DNA from: Narcine bancroftii
Lineage: Eukaryota
Direction: 5' to 3'
Length of the DNA stretch: 64,000 nucleotides
Assembly: GCF_036971445.1 (NCBI RefSeq)
Contig: NC_091479.1
Coordinates: forward strand, 100,130,001 to 100,194,000
Part shown: in pieces, positions 51,150-64,000 of the stretch
Numbering within the stretch: the stretch's first letter is position 1
How the letters are laid out: each line of letters begins with the position of its first letter
Position numbers and translations under genes: made by a program
The notes under the pieces: model-generated
Told to the model about the DNA's origin: nothing
Databases searched by the model: none
What the model saw: the letters and a program-made list of their open reading frames with translations, nothing else

Positions 51150-51495
51150 CAGTGGTTCTCAACCTTTTTCTTTCCACTTTAAGTAATCCCTAGGCCATCG
51201 GTGCTCTGTGAATAGGAAGGGATTGCTTCAAGGGAAGGTTCAGAATCACTGCTCTCGACCCAATTGTTACTGAAATATTTTGCTTGAGAAAAAATGTCAT
51301 TGGCCCATTTCCTTTGGAGTTATGAAACCGTACACATAACAAGTCAATTAGGTACAATTAAAACAGTGGTTTTCAAACATTTTCTTTCCACCCACAGACC
51401 ACCTTAAGCAATCCCTTACTAATCACAGAGCACCCCTAGCATAGGGAATGCTTAAAGTGGTATGTGAGTGGAAAGAAAAAGATTGAGAACCACTG
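51150..51495 (+). mobile_element. Composite hAT MITE
   Basis: TIR CAGTGGTTCTCAA...TTGAGAACCACTG; TSD ATTTAGAG/ATTTGGAG. Confidence 0.88.
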
Positions 51496-51725
51496 ATTTG
51501 GAGGCTGCTGAATTCAGTAAATGGCTGTAGATCAGCCAACAGCCTCCTAAAGATCCCTTTAAAGATAAACTAGAGGTTTAGCAAGGTACAATTAAAATTG
51601 GTAAACTTGACTACATATTAATTTCGCTTCTCACTCAAAAAATAACAAATGTTCATTGCTAAAAATCAGAACTCACCAACAAGTCCATGAGTTTTAAAGA
51701 TAGCCCAAGAAGCTAAAGTTGAATT

Positions 51726-53042
51726 TTAAAAAAATTTCTCACACTATGAACCATATTAACCAAAATACACACAAACATTTCCCTCTTGAATATACACAGT
51801 GTCATTTTCTCCCATTTCCCCCCCTCCCTTCCCCCCCTCCTTCCCACCCGCCTTCCTACCCACTAAATGTTCAACATATACAATACAATAAACCCATTAA
51901 ACAATGTCATCACACAATGAAAATAAACAAGAAAATTGTGTCATCTACTTTTACACACTAGATCAGTTCATTTTGTCAACTTCTCATTCTATCATTTTAG
52001 GGGGTGAAGGTTTATGGTAGGCCCTCTCTGTTGTGTTCCATGTACGGTTCCCAAATTTGTTTGAATACTGTGACGTTATTTCTTAAATTATATGTTATTT
52101 TTTCCAATGGAATGCATTTATTCATTTCCATGTACCATTGCTGTATTCTCAGGCTCTCTTCTGATTCCAGGTTGACATTATACATTTTTTTGCTACAGCT
52201 AAGGCTATCATAATAAATCTTTTTTGTGCTTCATCCAATTTGAGGCCTAGTTCTTTACTTCTTATATTACCTAGAAGAAAGATCTCTGGATTTTTTGGTA
52301 TGTTGCTTTTTGTGATTTTATTTAATACCTGATTTAGATCTTCCCAAAACTTTTCCACTTTCTCACATGCCCAAATTGCATGTACTGTTGTTCCCGTTTC
52401 CTTCTTACAGCGAAAACATCTATCTGATACTGTTGGGTCCCATTTATTTAACTTTTGGGGCGTGATATAAAGCCTGTGTAACCAATTATATTGTATCATG
52501 CGTAACCTCGTGTTTATTCTATTTCTCATAGTTCCGGAGCATAGCTTTTCCCATTTTTCACTTATTATCTTTATATTTATCTTATTATTATCTTGTTCCC
52601 ACTTTTGTTTGGGTTTATTTAATCGTTCTCTTTCTCTTGCAGCTTGATGTACTTGTTTGTTATAAATCTTTTAATTATCATTGAGTCTGTAATCACATAT
52701 TCAAAGCTGATTCCTTCTGGTAACCTCAGCCTGCTTCCCAATGTGTCCTTCAAATAGGTTTTCAGTTGGTGGTATGCAAACATTGTACCGTGAGTTAGAC
52801 CATATTTGTACTTCATTTGTTCAAAGGATAATAAATTATTTCCCAAAAAACAATTTTCTATTCTTTTGATCCCTTTTCTCTCCCATTCTCTAAAGGGAAG
52901 GTTATCTATTGTGAAAGGGATTAGTTGATTTTGCGTCAATAATAATTTTGGTAGTTGGTCATTTGTTTTTTTCCTTTCTATGTGAATCTTCTTCAAAATG
53001 TTGAGCAGATGGTGCAGCACTGGTGAACTTCTATGTTGCATC
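51726..53042 (-). mobile_element. 5'-truncated L1, related family
   Basis: ORF2 C-terminal fragments similar to the 55.6-57.4 kb copy; TSD AGAAGCTAAAGTTGAATT at 51708-51725 and 53043-53060. Confidence 0.92.
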
Positions 53043-53064
53043 AGAAGCTAAAGTTGAATTAAAG

Positions 53065-53565
53065 CACAAGAGTCTGCAGATACCATGGCTGAAGGAAAAA
53101 AAGGATGCTGGAGAAACTCAGCAGGTCAAATTGTGTACTTTATTGTGTACTTTACCTCCCAGTGGCCAACCACTTCAATTCCACTCCCCATTCCCATGCT
53201 GACACATCTGTAATTTGGAGGAGCAACACTTAATTTTCCATCTATGTACTCTCCTACCGGATGGCATTAACATCAACTTCTCCAGTTTTTGCTAGCCTAC
53301 ACTCTCTCTATTCTCCTGCCTTTCCCTTTTTTCCTCCAGCTCTCCACTCCCCACCCCCCCACCATCCTTCTGCATTCACAGAGCCATCCCTTATCTACCT
53401 ATTACCTCCTGCTTGTGGGACAATCATTCTCCCCTGCCCCTCCCCCTCCTTGTGTTTAGACCCCTGCCAACATTTTGCACATACCCTGATGAAGGGCTCA
53501 AGACCAAAATGTTGCTACTGGAAGTCCACTGTTTGACCTGCTAAGTTTCTCCAGCATTGTTTTTA
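53065..53565 (+). mobile_element. Penelope-like fragment with inverted tail piece
   Basis: LPVANHFNS..HSHAD-like codons, EEQHLIF-like codons, C/T-rich tail, CTGATGAAGGGCTCAAG motif. Confidence 0.72.
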
Positions 53566-53859
53566 GCCCAAGACCTGTGTTCAATTTCTGTCAAGTAGCT
53601 ACCTAAATGTAAGATAGTTTGGAGCAGGCAAGATTTAAGCCACAATTCTATCAGAATGTTTTAAATATTTTACTGCTATTGATAAGCCCTCCATCATATC
53701 CTTATTAGAATAATTTTGAAAATTACAATTGATGAAAGTTAACATTTCTTTAAAAATGGATTTGCTCTGTCCAAATTATTAAAAATAGAACTCTGCCAAC
53801 CCCTAGTACAAATCCATAAGAAATAAAGCAAAGATTAGACGAGGGCAGATTAAGAATAG

Positions 53860-54070
53860 GGCAGCTCGGTTACCTTAGCAGTAAGCGCAACATTGTTACA
53901 GCGCCAGTGACCAGGGTTCAAACCTGGCACTGACTGTAAGGAGTCTGTACTTTCTTCGGGTGCTCCAGTTTCCTCCCACCGTTCAAAAAAGAAAACGTAC
54001 TGGGGGTTTTAAGTTAATTGGGTGTATGTCTAAATACATACATGCTGTATGTCTAAATTTTTTAAAATTA
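53860..54070 (+). mobile_element. V-SINE
   Basis: Same family. Confidence 0.72.
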
Positions 54071-54153
54071 GCAATGCAACAGCCATTGTTTATTTCTATT
54101 TTATTGTGACACACGTATTAAGGTAATTAAATATATTAGAAACAGAAGAGTAC

Positions 54154-54314
54154 CTTGGAATATTATTCTTTGGGTCTTCACTATCATTAGCTAAACCTCC
54201 AAATAAATAACACTTGTTGCCAACCAGACACAAGGTATGACCGAGACGGGGACAGGGCTGTGGACCATTTTTGGGTGGTTTTGGTTTCAGTTTCTTCCAC
54301 TCCCATCGACTTGC
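54154..54314 (-). CDS. HCFC2: HCF exon 3 (Kelch)
   Basis: [54 protein letters not shown]. Confidence 0.95.
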
Positions 54315-54454
54315 CTGGAACAGAAATCAAAAATAAAGAAAAATAAAATAAAACAGACAACAAAATAAAATTCAGCCAATTTATCAACATGGGAAGTTTA
54401 GACATCTTTAAGTTAAAGATTAAAGGACTAAGAAGCCATATCGGCAGTACACTA

Positions 54455-54760
<306 letters not shown>

Positions 54761-55347
54761 TTAGCATTCTAATATCAACATTTTCACTGTCAAACTCCCT
54801 CACAATAGGCTTCAAAGTTATCACCATTGGGACAAATGCCTGAACCCATGCAAAATTTTTAATAGGAAACAAACACGGGATTTAGCAACAGGAAATCAAC
54901 ATTTTAAAACTGTGTTGCATTATGCACATGCTTTTCATCATAAATGAGTTTACTATGAAGGCTGTAAAAACACAATGCTGGAGAAACTCAGCAGGTCAAA
55001 CAGCATACTTTATTTAGCAAAGATAAAGTTTCAGTCTTTAGCCTTTCATCAAGATATAAATGCTGTCTTCTGCCTCTGAGGCTTTTCCTCAAGGTTAAAG
55101 AGAATTCCGAAAAATAAAAAATTTAAAAAAAAAGGTTAAAGAGAATTCCCTTCCATTCTGGTACTGTGGGTTCCTAATGAGGATAAGCCGCAGCCTGCAG
55201 ACAGTCTCAGCTGGGAGGGTAGATGACACAGATGGTGAGATAGTTTGTAAAGAGGCAAGTTCCTTCCCACTATTTACACTGGGCTTCTGAATGGTCCTTC
55301 TCTATTTTAATCAGTCCTAATTCTCATATCAGTGGGGATGCTACACA

Positions 55348-57436
55348 TTTTTTTTTTTTTTAATTTTTTATTTTTCACACCATAAATCACAATAGCCATG
55401 ATATACACTTTTTCTTTTCCACACATTTACAGTGACTTTTTCTCCCTCCCCCCTCCCTCCTCCCAAGCCACCCCCCCATCCCCCCCCCTCTCATCCATTT
55501 TAGTTATACAATCTAGGTTGCATTAATTCAGTTAGACAATGTTGTCATTCAACAAAAATACACCAGAAATTCTACTGAGTCCATTCTTTTCTTTTCTTCT
55601 CCTTCCATCAACTTAGGTAATGTTTGTTCCCGGTAGGTTTTCGCTATTGTATTTAATGTAAGGCTCCCATACTTGTTCGAATATTTCAATATTATTTCTT
55701 AAACTATATGTTATTTTTTCTAATGGAATACATTTATTCATTTCTATATACCATTGTTGTATTTTCAAATTATCTTCCAATTTCCAGGTTGACATAATAC
55801 ATTTTTTTGCTACGGCTAGGGCTATCTTGACAAATCTTTTTTGTGCATCTTCCAAGTCAATTCCAAATTCTTTATTTTTTATGTTACTTAGGAGAAAGAT
55901 CTCTGGATTCTTTGGTATATTGTTTTCTGTTATTTTATTTAATATCTGATTGAGATCATCCCAAAATTTTTCTACTCTCTCACATGTCCAGATTGCATGA
56001 ATTGTTGTTCCCCTTTCTTTTTTACATCGAAAACATCTATCAGATACTGTTGGGTCCCATTTATTTAACTTTTGCGGTGTAATGTATAGTCTGTGTAACC
56101 AATTATATTGTATCATACGCAGCCTCGTATTTATTGTATTTCTCATCGTTCCAGAGCATAACTTCTCCCATGTTTCCTTTTTTATCTTTATATTTAAATC
56201 TTGTTCCCATTTTTGTTTAGTTTTACCATTTGTTTCCTCATTTTCCTTTTCTTGCAGTTTAATATACATATTTTTTATAAATCTTTTGATTAACATTGTA
56301 TCTGTAATCACATATTCAAGGTTACTTCCCTCTGGTAAACTCAAGTTGCTTCCTAATTTATCTTTCAAGTAGGATCTCAGTTGGTAATATGCCAGCGCTG
56401 TATCTCCAGTTATATTGTACTTATCTCTCATTTGTTCAAAGGATAAGAATCTACTTCCTGAAAAACAATTTTCTATTCTTTTAATCCCTTTTTTTTCCCA
56501 TTTTCTAAAGGCAAGGTTGTCTATTGTAAAAGGGAGTAGCTTATTTTGCGTCAATATTAGTTTTGGTATTTGGTAATTTGTTTTATTTCTTTCTACATGA
56601 ATCTTCTTCCATATATTGAGGAGATGGTGTAATACTGGAGAAGTTCTATGTTGTACCAATTTTTCATCCCATTTATATAATATGTGTTCAGGTATCTTTT
56701 CCCCTATTTTATCTAATTCTAGTCTCGTCCAGTCTGGTTTTTCCCTTGTTTGATAAAAATCTGATAGGTACCTTAATTGTGCGGCTCTATAATAATTTTT
56801 GAAGTTTGGCAATTGTAAGCCTCCTTGTTTATACCATTCTGTTAATTTGTCTAGTGCTATCCTCGGTTTCCCCCCTCTCCATAAAAATCTCCTTATTATT
56901 TTCTTTAACTCTTTGAAGAATTTTTCTGTCAGTTGTATTGGCAATGCCTGAAATAAGTATAGTATCCTTGGAAAAATGTTCATTTTAATACAGTTTATCC
57001 TTCCTATCAGTGTTAGTGGTAGCTCTTTCCAATGCTCTAAATCGTCCTGTAATTTTTTCATTAGTGGATTGTAATTGAGTTTATATAATTGGCCTAGATT
57101 TTTGTTTATTTGCACACCTAGGTATCTTATTGCCTGCGTTTGCCATCTGAATGGGGATTCCTCCTTAAATTTTGAGAAATCCGCGTTATTCATAGGCATT
57201 GCTTCACTTTTATTTACGTTTATCTTGTATCCCGACACTTCTCCATATTCCTTCAATTTCTTATATAGTTCTTTTATTGATAGTTCTGGTTCTGTTAAGT
57301 ACACTATCACATCATCCGCAAACAGACTGATTTTATATTCCCTGTCTTTTATTTTTATTCCTTTTATATTATTATCTCTTCTTATCGATTCTGCTAGTGG
57401 TTCTATAGCTAGCGCAAACAATAATGGTGATAGTGG
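55348..57436 (-). mobile_element. Young 5'-truncated L1-clade LINE
   Basis: About 607 uninterrupted ORF2 codons (PLSPLLF, FADD, CCHC knuckle CFRC...HAIWTC), 3' UTR, poly(A), TSD GGGGATGCTACACA at 55334-55347 and 57437-57450. Confidence 0.95.
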
Positions 57437-58884
57437 GGGGATGCTACACATTTTCAAGGTGGCTTAATACATCACTCAGTACTTGGTCATTGACTTGGAA
57501 GAGGACACGAAGCTGATTTATTTATCTTTGCCAGAGTACTATGCAAGACAAGATTGGTAGTACAGCAATCTAACACATTCAAGACTTTGGTTTTGCATGT
57601 TATCTGGACTAAGAAATATTGTGCAACCAGGCAGGTTTAAATAGAATGCAGGAACAAAAACTCTGGTGAATTAGAAGGGAACACAGGAACCAGGGCTGCA
57701 GTTAGAGGGAAAGGAGCACAAGAAGAAAAAAAATAATCTGGTGACTCATGCTGAACTATCGGATGGTCAGAGAGTGGATCATCAGTTTTATTACATCACA
57801 CCAATGCTTTGAAGGGCTTGCTATTGGTTATCCATGTATGAACCTAGCAGGAGCAGGTATCACTGCTGCACTGCAGACCATGAGATCAGTGCCAGAGTTT
57901 AAGTCTTGATCTTCAATGGCTCTTTTCCTCAAAATATACCGTGAATGTACTTAATGGACACAAACTATTCCCTAGGGACATGTCTGAGCCTGGAATGAAA
58001 ATAATTAATATTTATTAGTGATGACACGTGTTTTTTTTCCTTGGCAAATATGATCCATTTTAGAAAATATGTATAAATGATAATATTGAGAACAGTGAAA
58101 AGGATTCTTTAAAGTAATCTCTAAAACCAATGCTTTCTTTAATCAGCAGATTTAGTGGTGAAGTCTTCTACATTGATTCCAATGCTTCAGGAGTCCTGGT
58201 CACCCATACTTTCAGGAACCAAAACATTCCTGAAGCCAATTCTGCATTTCCACCTCACTCAATTATGCCCCAAAATATCACTGCCAACCAGAGCACGGCT
58301 TCACGTCAGATCTCAGTTTAATTATTGTGCTTTCAAGTTACTCTAGAGCCAATGCCAAAAATTCTATAAATTGGATTAAAGAATTGTGCCGACTCTCTAT
58401 CCCACTGAGCTTTATGTTGGCAACAATTTTATTAAAGTTGCTGTAACTCTTTTTATTTCAGAACCGTCACGTTGTTTGTGGGTAAAAGCATTACTCAGTA
58501 CAAATATCACCTAGAAATGACGACAAATTAATCCCTGGTCAATACCAAATTCATTTGCAGCACCATAATTAACCGCAGAACGACAGATTTGGAGAATCAT
58601 CTGGATTTTCGAAGGACATTTGTCTTGTATTTGACCCAATTATCGACAAAGGAGGTGCAGAGGATTAAGATCACTTTTGGCACCCCTCTGGCACATTCAC
58701 TATTCAGGACCACATATTAAAAATGGCCTTTGCACAAGTTCTGTGGAAATAGCAGAACCAAGATCTTAGAGAGGGAAGAACACCTCGAACAGAAAGTTTA
58801 TTTTTACCACAAATAAATCTGTAAAAAATTAAAGGAAAATAAACTTTTTAAGTTTTAAAAGATATGCAAATGAAGCATTTAAAC

Positions 58885-59232
58885 CAGTGGTTTTCAAACT
58901 TTTTCTTTCCACTCACATACCACTTTAAGTATTCCCTATGCCATCGGTGCTCTACAATTAGTAAGGGATTGCTTAAGGTGGTATGTGAGTGGGAAGGGAA
59001 GGTTGAGAATCACTGCTCTAGACTCAATTGTTACTGAAACACTTTGCTTGAGAAAAATTGTCACTGGTCCATTTCCTTTGGAGTTATGAAACCATGCACT
59101 TAACGAGTCCATTAGGTATGATTAAAACAGTGGTTTTCAAACTTTTTCTTCCACTTTAAGTAATCCCTTACTAATCACAGAGGACTATGGCATTTGTATG
59201 TGAGTGGGAAAAAAAATGTTTTAAAGCCACTG
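58885..59232 (+). mobile_element. Composite hAT MITE
   Basis: Same two modules and spacer; TSD ATTTAAAC/GTTTAAAG. Confidence 0.85.
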
Positions 59233-60984
59233 GTTTAAAGAATAATTTACAGCATTTTTCTGGCATCGAGGATTTTATGATGGAAAACTCAAAAACACAG
59301 TACCTACCATGTATTCTTGCATTTACAGATGCAAAATTAAATGTAATATTTTTCATACAACTCAGTGCAGATATTTTTAATGTCCTTGTGGATGTATTTT
59401 GAGAAATCAAAACCAGAAAACATAAGATGACAAAACTTGGAACATAAAAGATGGGGCTCAATAGTTAAAATAGCAAAAGGTCTTCACTACGATTGAACGG
59501 TTTAAAAAAAAGGTAACTGCTCAAAGTAAAAATAAAAATCAGGATGTTATGCTCAATAAAATCAGAATAAGAGTTGTGTTTTGTGAAGGAAACCTCATTC
59601 ACAAAGACGCGTACAACAGAGGGAGCCCTACACTGTCATTTCTGGAACAGCTCCAAACAGATTTTAAAGCACGCCAAAAAAATGTAAACAAGGAACGATT
59701 GAAACAGACCTCCAATTGCCGCATTGCCCGTTGCAAAAAAATGCCATGATTGAAGGCACACAGACTTGGTAAAGAACCAGTAAAAACATGCCCAGAAATT
59801 ATTGCAGAGCACAGCACAAATTATTTTTTGAAATTTCCCCTCTCCCTCAAAACTGCAAGAATGACCTGTATTCATACGGAGCCTCAAATTTTGTAAAGCA
59901 TCCCACATACAACTTAAAGGAGCAATAGTCAAATATTTGATTTAAAGCCACATCAAGAAATGAAAGTCATGATAACAATAAAAATTGACCAAAGATTTAA
60001 GGGACTTTCTTTCGAGGAAAGAGAAGTTTATGCATGGATTGTCAGGTATTGCACTGACTTGACACATGGCTTTTACAAGGAACCCCACTACCATTACAAA
60101 GATTAATAAGAGATCACACACCAGCAGATTCAAGGACAGCTTCTTTCCCAATATTATGAGACACCTGAATAAACTCCAAAATAGTAAAATTATTAACTCC
60201 ATACTATTTGATCTCTTTCTGTAACTCTGCGCATTTGTACTGTCTAAGAAGGTTCTCAATCTTTTTTTGTTCCACTCACACGCCACCTTAAGTAATCCCT
60301 TCCTAACCACAGAGCACCACTGGACTCGAAGAATACAAAGGTGAAGTTGCGAGTGATTACAGGGGGTACAAAGGGGAAATAGTGGAATCATCAGAAGATG
60401 GAGGCTGAACTTGAGGGTATGAAGAAGAGACCGATGGATCACACACAGGGGATGATGATGAAGAAAAAGCAGGATTTATGGGGGGAGCTACAGAGGAGGC
60501 AAGACCGGTATCAACGCTTCACTTGCATATCAACCTGGAAGTGCAGTTTGCCCCTTCCTACATTAGTCTCTATAAATAATTTCAACCCAAAATGTCGACC
60601 TGACTCACTGAGTCTATAATTTCTCTTTAAGCAGCAGAAGGGATGGTCGACAGATTGGGTGGAGACAGTGAATTAGGACTGTCAGATTGAGCAATGGTGC
60701 ATGACAGGAAAAAAGCGAGGTTCTCTTGAGCAAATATTTAGAAGCTGGAGTGGGGCAGGCAGCATCCATTGGTATAATGTTTCAGATCTAGAGAATGAAC
60801 GTGTGACATCAAATATCAAGGGAGAAAGGGGCTTGGTGGGGGGGGGGGGGGAATCAAGAGATGATAAGGCAATGAACAGAAGATGTGAAAGGTGGAGTGA
60901 CAAAGAAAACAGAGTGATGAGTATAGATGAGGTGGGGATCAACTAAAGTTATAAAAATTAATGTTCATAGAAGGGAGGGACTGA

Positions 60985-61572
60985 ATTTGGGATCAGGGGG
61001 ATTATGCTGCAACATCACAAGGTAGTAGTGAGGCATCTGGAATACTGTGTGCAGTTCTGCTCTCTTTACTTGAGGAAGGATGTACTGGCTTTGGAGGCAG
61101 CCCAGAGGAGGTTCATCAGGTAGATTTCAGAGATAAGACGGCTAGCCTACGGGGAGAGATAGTGCCACCTGGGACTATACTTGCTGGATTTAGAAGAATT
61201 AGAGAGAATCATAGAAAATGTATACAATTATGAAAGGCATAGATAAGATAGTGTTGTTTTCCATTGGTGGGAGAGACTAGAACTAGAGGACACAGCCTCA
61301 GGATTCGGGGTACATTGAGGATGGAAATTAGGAGGAACTACTTTTCTCAGAGGGTGGCAAATCTATGGAATTCGCTGCCCATTGAAGCAGTGGAGGTGAC
61401 CTCAGTAAATATATTTAAGACAAGGTAGGATAGATTTTTACACAGTAGGAGAATTTACAGATTTTGGGGAAGGCAGGTAGGTGGTGATGAGTCCATCATC
61501 AGATCAGTCATGATCTCATTGAATGGCAGAGCAGGCTCGAGGGGCCAGTTGGCTGCCTTCTGCTCCTATTTC
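60985..61572 (+). mobile_element. CR1-type LINE 3' fragment
   Basis: HLEYCVQF-like codons; 3' tail similar to 23045-23276. Confidence 0.8.
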
Positions 61573-62110
61573 CTCAGGAGTTGGCGGAGGTTTGGCAGGA
61601 CATCAGAAACCCTGACGAATTTCTACAGATGTGTGGTGGAAAGTGTGCTGACAGGCTGCACAACGGTCTGGTATGGGGACACCAATACCGCCAAACGCAA
61701 AGCCCTCCAAAGGTAGTGGACGCAGCCCAAGACATCACAGGCAAAACCCTCCCCACTATCAAGAACATCGGAGAGCAGCAGCAATTATCAAGGATCCACA
61801 CCACCTAGCACACGCCCTGTTCTCGCGGCTGCCGTCAGGAAAGAGGTGTCGCTGCCACAAGACTCGTACCACCAGGTTCAGGAACCTGACTCCTCAACAG
61901 CAAATTCAATCAGGGACTCATTTAAGGACTCTCACTTGTGCACTTTATTGATTTTGTTTATTTTCTCTGAAATGCAGTTTATTAACATATGCATGTTGAG
62001 TCTGTTTTATTTTTGCACTACAAATAAATTCCTTGCCTGCAGGGAAAAGAATCTCAGAGTTGTAGGTGATATTATTCATGCTCTCTGGCAATATTTCTCA
62101 ATGTGAATTT
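61573..62110 (+). mobile_element. Rex1/Babar-type LINE 3' end
   Basis: LTNFYRCVVESVLTGCTTVWYG; similar to 32270-32865. Confidence 0.8.
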
Positions 62111-62149
62111 GAAGACTACAACAGTGGGGTGATCAGAGCCAGAAAGCAA

Positions 62150-63030
62150 GCTGATTGGATAGGATGGTGATCACGTGGTCGCGAACTCGGGCTCGGTGTA
62201 AACAAAGGGAGAGGCGCCGCGCTCGCCCCCTGCCGACCCGGAGGGCAGCCATCCGCTGCGGCTCCTCCTTCCCTGAGCCGGCCCAGCTCCTGCCTCGCCA
62301 GGCCCCGACCCGCCCACCGTCAACATAAAAAAAAAGCACGGCCGGGAGAGGACGGTGCAGACGCTGTGTTGGGCGCCCGGACGCCATTAAAGCCGACGCC
62401 GGACGAAGGGTGGGGGGTGCCGGCCTTCGGGTTCACCCGCCCCTCCGTCCGGCGGTGGCTCGGGAGGTGGGGCAGTGACAATCCGTCCCCTCCAGGCGAA
62501 CGTTCGGCCCGGTGGCTGGCGGTCAGCCCTGCTAAGGTTCTCCTCCTGACAGATCCGCACCCCCCCTCCCCCACAGACGGGCTCCGCGTACTGACACCAT
62601 CCCCAACCCACCCCGGCACCTGAAGGAGAGTGCTCCCCCCTCCCGCACCTCGCAGCCGAGCGCCGGCGGTGCTGTTTAATGCGCGTTTTATTTTTTAAAC
62701 GCCGCCGCTCGGCGCCAATGGCTCGGTCCGACCGCCATCTTGGAGACTGGCAGCAAATGGCGCCCTTCCCGCCTTCTCCTCCCTCCCTCCTCACCTGTGT
62801 TGTAGACGTGCAGCTCGTCCACGATCCCTTCGTTGCCACCGCCGAATATGATCATCAGCTCTTTGATCGCCACCACGCGGTGGCCATGACGGGGTCGAGG
62901 AACCGGCCCGGTGGCTCCGGTTACCCGTCTCCATTTGGGAGAGGGAGCCGCCATCTTACTACACCCTGCCCAGAGTGCACCGCGGCCGGCGCCGCCTCCT
63001 GGTAACGCAGCCAAAGTGCCCGGATGGGTA
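62150..63030. promoter_or_regulatory. CpG island / promoter region of the HCF gene
   Basis: Strong GC and CpG enrichment over exon 1 and proximal intron 1; YY1-type CGCCATCTT (62949, 62733), CCAAT boxes, CACGTG, TCGCGA. Confidence 0.85.
62795..62954 (-). CDS. HCFC2: HCF exon 1 (Kelch 1)
   Basis: [53 protein letters not shown]; Kozak aagATGg; donor gtgagg. Confidence 0.95.
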
Positions 63031-63254
63031 AACAGAGGAAGATGGAGAAGGGAGGAGCAGGTTGACCAATGGTTCCCAGAAGCAGCATTTCTGACCATGA
63101 ACCAGCCAGGAAACTCGTTGTTTGGCAGCAGCATCACAGTGCAAACATTTATATAAACCAGATTACAACAATAAGTGAGACTAATGGAAGAAAAGGACTA
63201 CCTTTTTGTTCAATCTCAGACCCCTGACTTTCCTCCAATTCCTGAGGCGAATAT

Positions 63255-64000
63255 TCTTTTTAATATAGAATGAACAAAAAGTACAGCATCAATATCCATA
63301 ATATTAACAAAATGATACAAATATCGACTCGCATGTCGATATTAAAGTAAGAAAGAAGAGTCTCAATTATTATAAAGAGAGAAAAATTGCAATAATGCTA
63401 CAAATTCAATGTCCCTGTTGAACCAAAGGGAGAAAAAAGATAATCTAGAAAAAGAAGAAGAAAATAAGAGGGACCCTCCCACCCCACAAGAAGAAAAAGA
63501 AAAGATGGGCCTCATCCCGGATAAACCCCACTCCCATCGAGGGACAAATAACCTGACTTCTCTAGGGTCCTCGGCGCTGCGAGCACCGGGAGGGGGAAGA
63601 GACAAGAGGAGGGAATCGTTAAAGATTTACCCCAATATACCTTAGGTATGAATTCCATATTCTTGAGAATACGTCATGCCTGTTTCCGAGGTTATAGGTG
63701 ATCTCCAGGGGAATGATGCGTTTCTGTCTTCCAGCGGTCAGCCTAGTTGGGAATCTGATTTCCAAGTCACTGCTATGCACTTCCTGGCCACTGCTAAAGT
63801 GAGCTTAACAAATTTTAATTGATATTTCAACAGCCTCATTTTAGGTCTTACATCTTCCAAGTTCCCCAATAAAAATAATTCAGCTACCTGACGGTATCGA
63901 ATTCCAGTAATTGAACTCCAAGAAACTTGGTGCTCTCCACTCTCTCTACCGCAGAGTTGTTGATGTGTAGTGGAGAGTGGCAAATCTCCACATTTCATAA
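63255..64000 (-). mobile_element. L1 3' end upstream of the promoter (continues beyond window)
   Basis: ELFLLGNL...LAVARKCIAVTWKS, an L1 ORF2 C-terminal motif. Confidence 0.75.

Noticed and set aside
55613-57457. 614-aa ORF as a host gene or complete reverse transcriptase
   Set aside because: It is a 5'-truncated L1 ORF2; the first residues come from the TSD and flank, and the endonuclease and N-terminal RT are absent.
62955-63137. In-frame N-terminal extension (upstream ATG at 63098)
   Set aside because: No similarity to HCF proteins; the ATG at 62954 has a strong Kozak context and matches the homologous start.
62133-63156. Multiple GC-rich ORFs in the CpG island
   Set aside because: Expected from low stop-codon frequency; only the exon 1 frame has homology.

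Overview
Vertebrate genomic DNA; the repeat content (V-SINEs, CR1, Rex1/Babar, Penelope-like, L1, RTE, hAT MITEs) suggests a cartilaginous fish (inference). The window holds one complete host cell factor gene on the minus strand. It has 25 coding exons from ATG 62954 to TGA 6845, all with GT-AG introns and consistent phases, giving a 4443-nt CDS and a 1480-aa protein. It lies tail-to-tail with the last two coding exons of NFYB on the plus strand (260-339, 2937-2969). The NFYB linkage and several diagnostic residues point to the HCFC2 ortholog. Yet the protein has the long HCF-1 layout that mammalian HCF-2 lacks: Kelch, Fn3N, T/V/K-rich basic region, two degenerate HCF-1PRO-like repeats that keep the cleavage glutamate, a low-complexity acidic region, Fn3C and a spliced C-terminal bipartite NLS. 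Other points of interest: a misplaced, splice-competent duplicate of exon 9 inside intron 7; a fold-back hairpin next to exon 9; minimal hammerhead-ribozyme motifs in Penelope-like tails; a composite two-MITE hAT unit in three copies; an L1/RTE chimera; a young L1 with TSD; a piggyBac-like element. Exon boundaries were read by eye, repeat boundaries are approximate, and homolog comparisons come from recalled sequences, not database searches.
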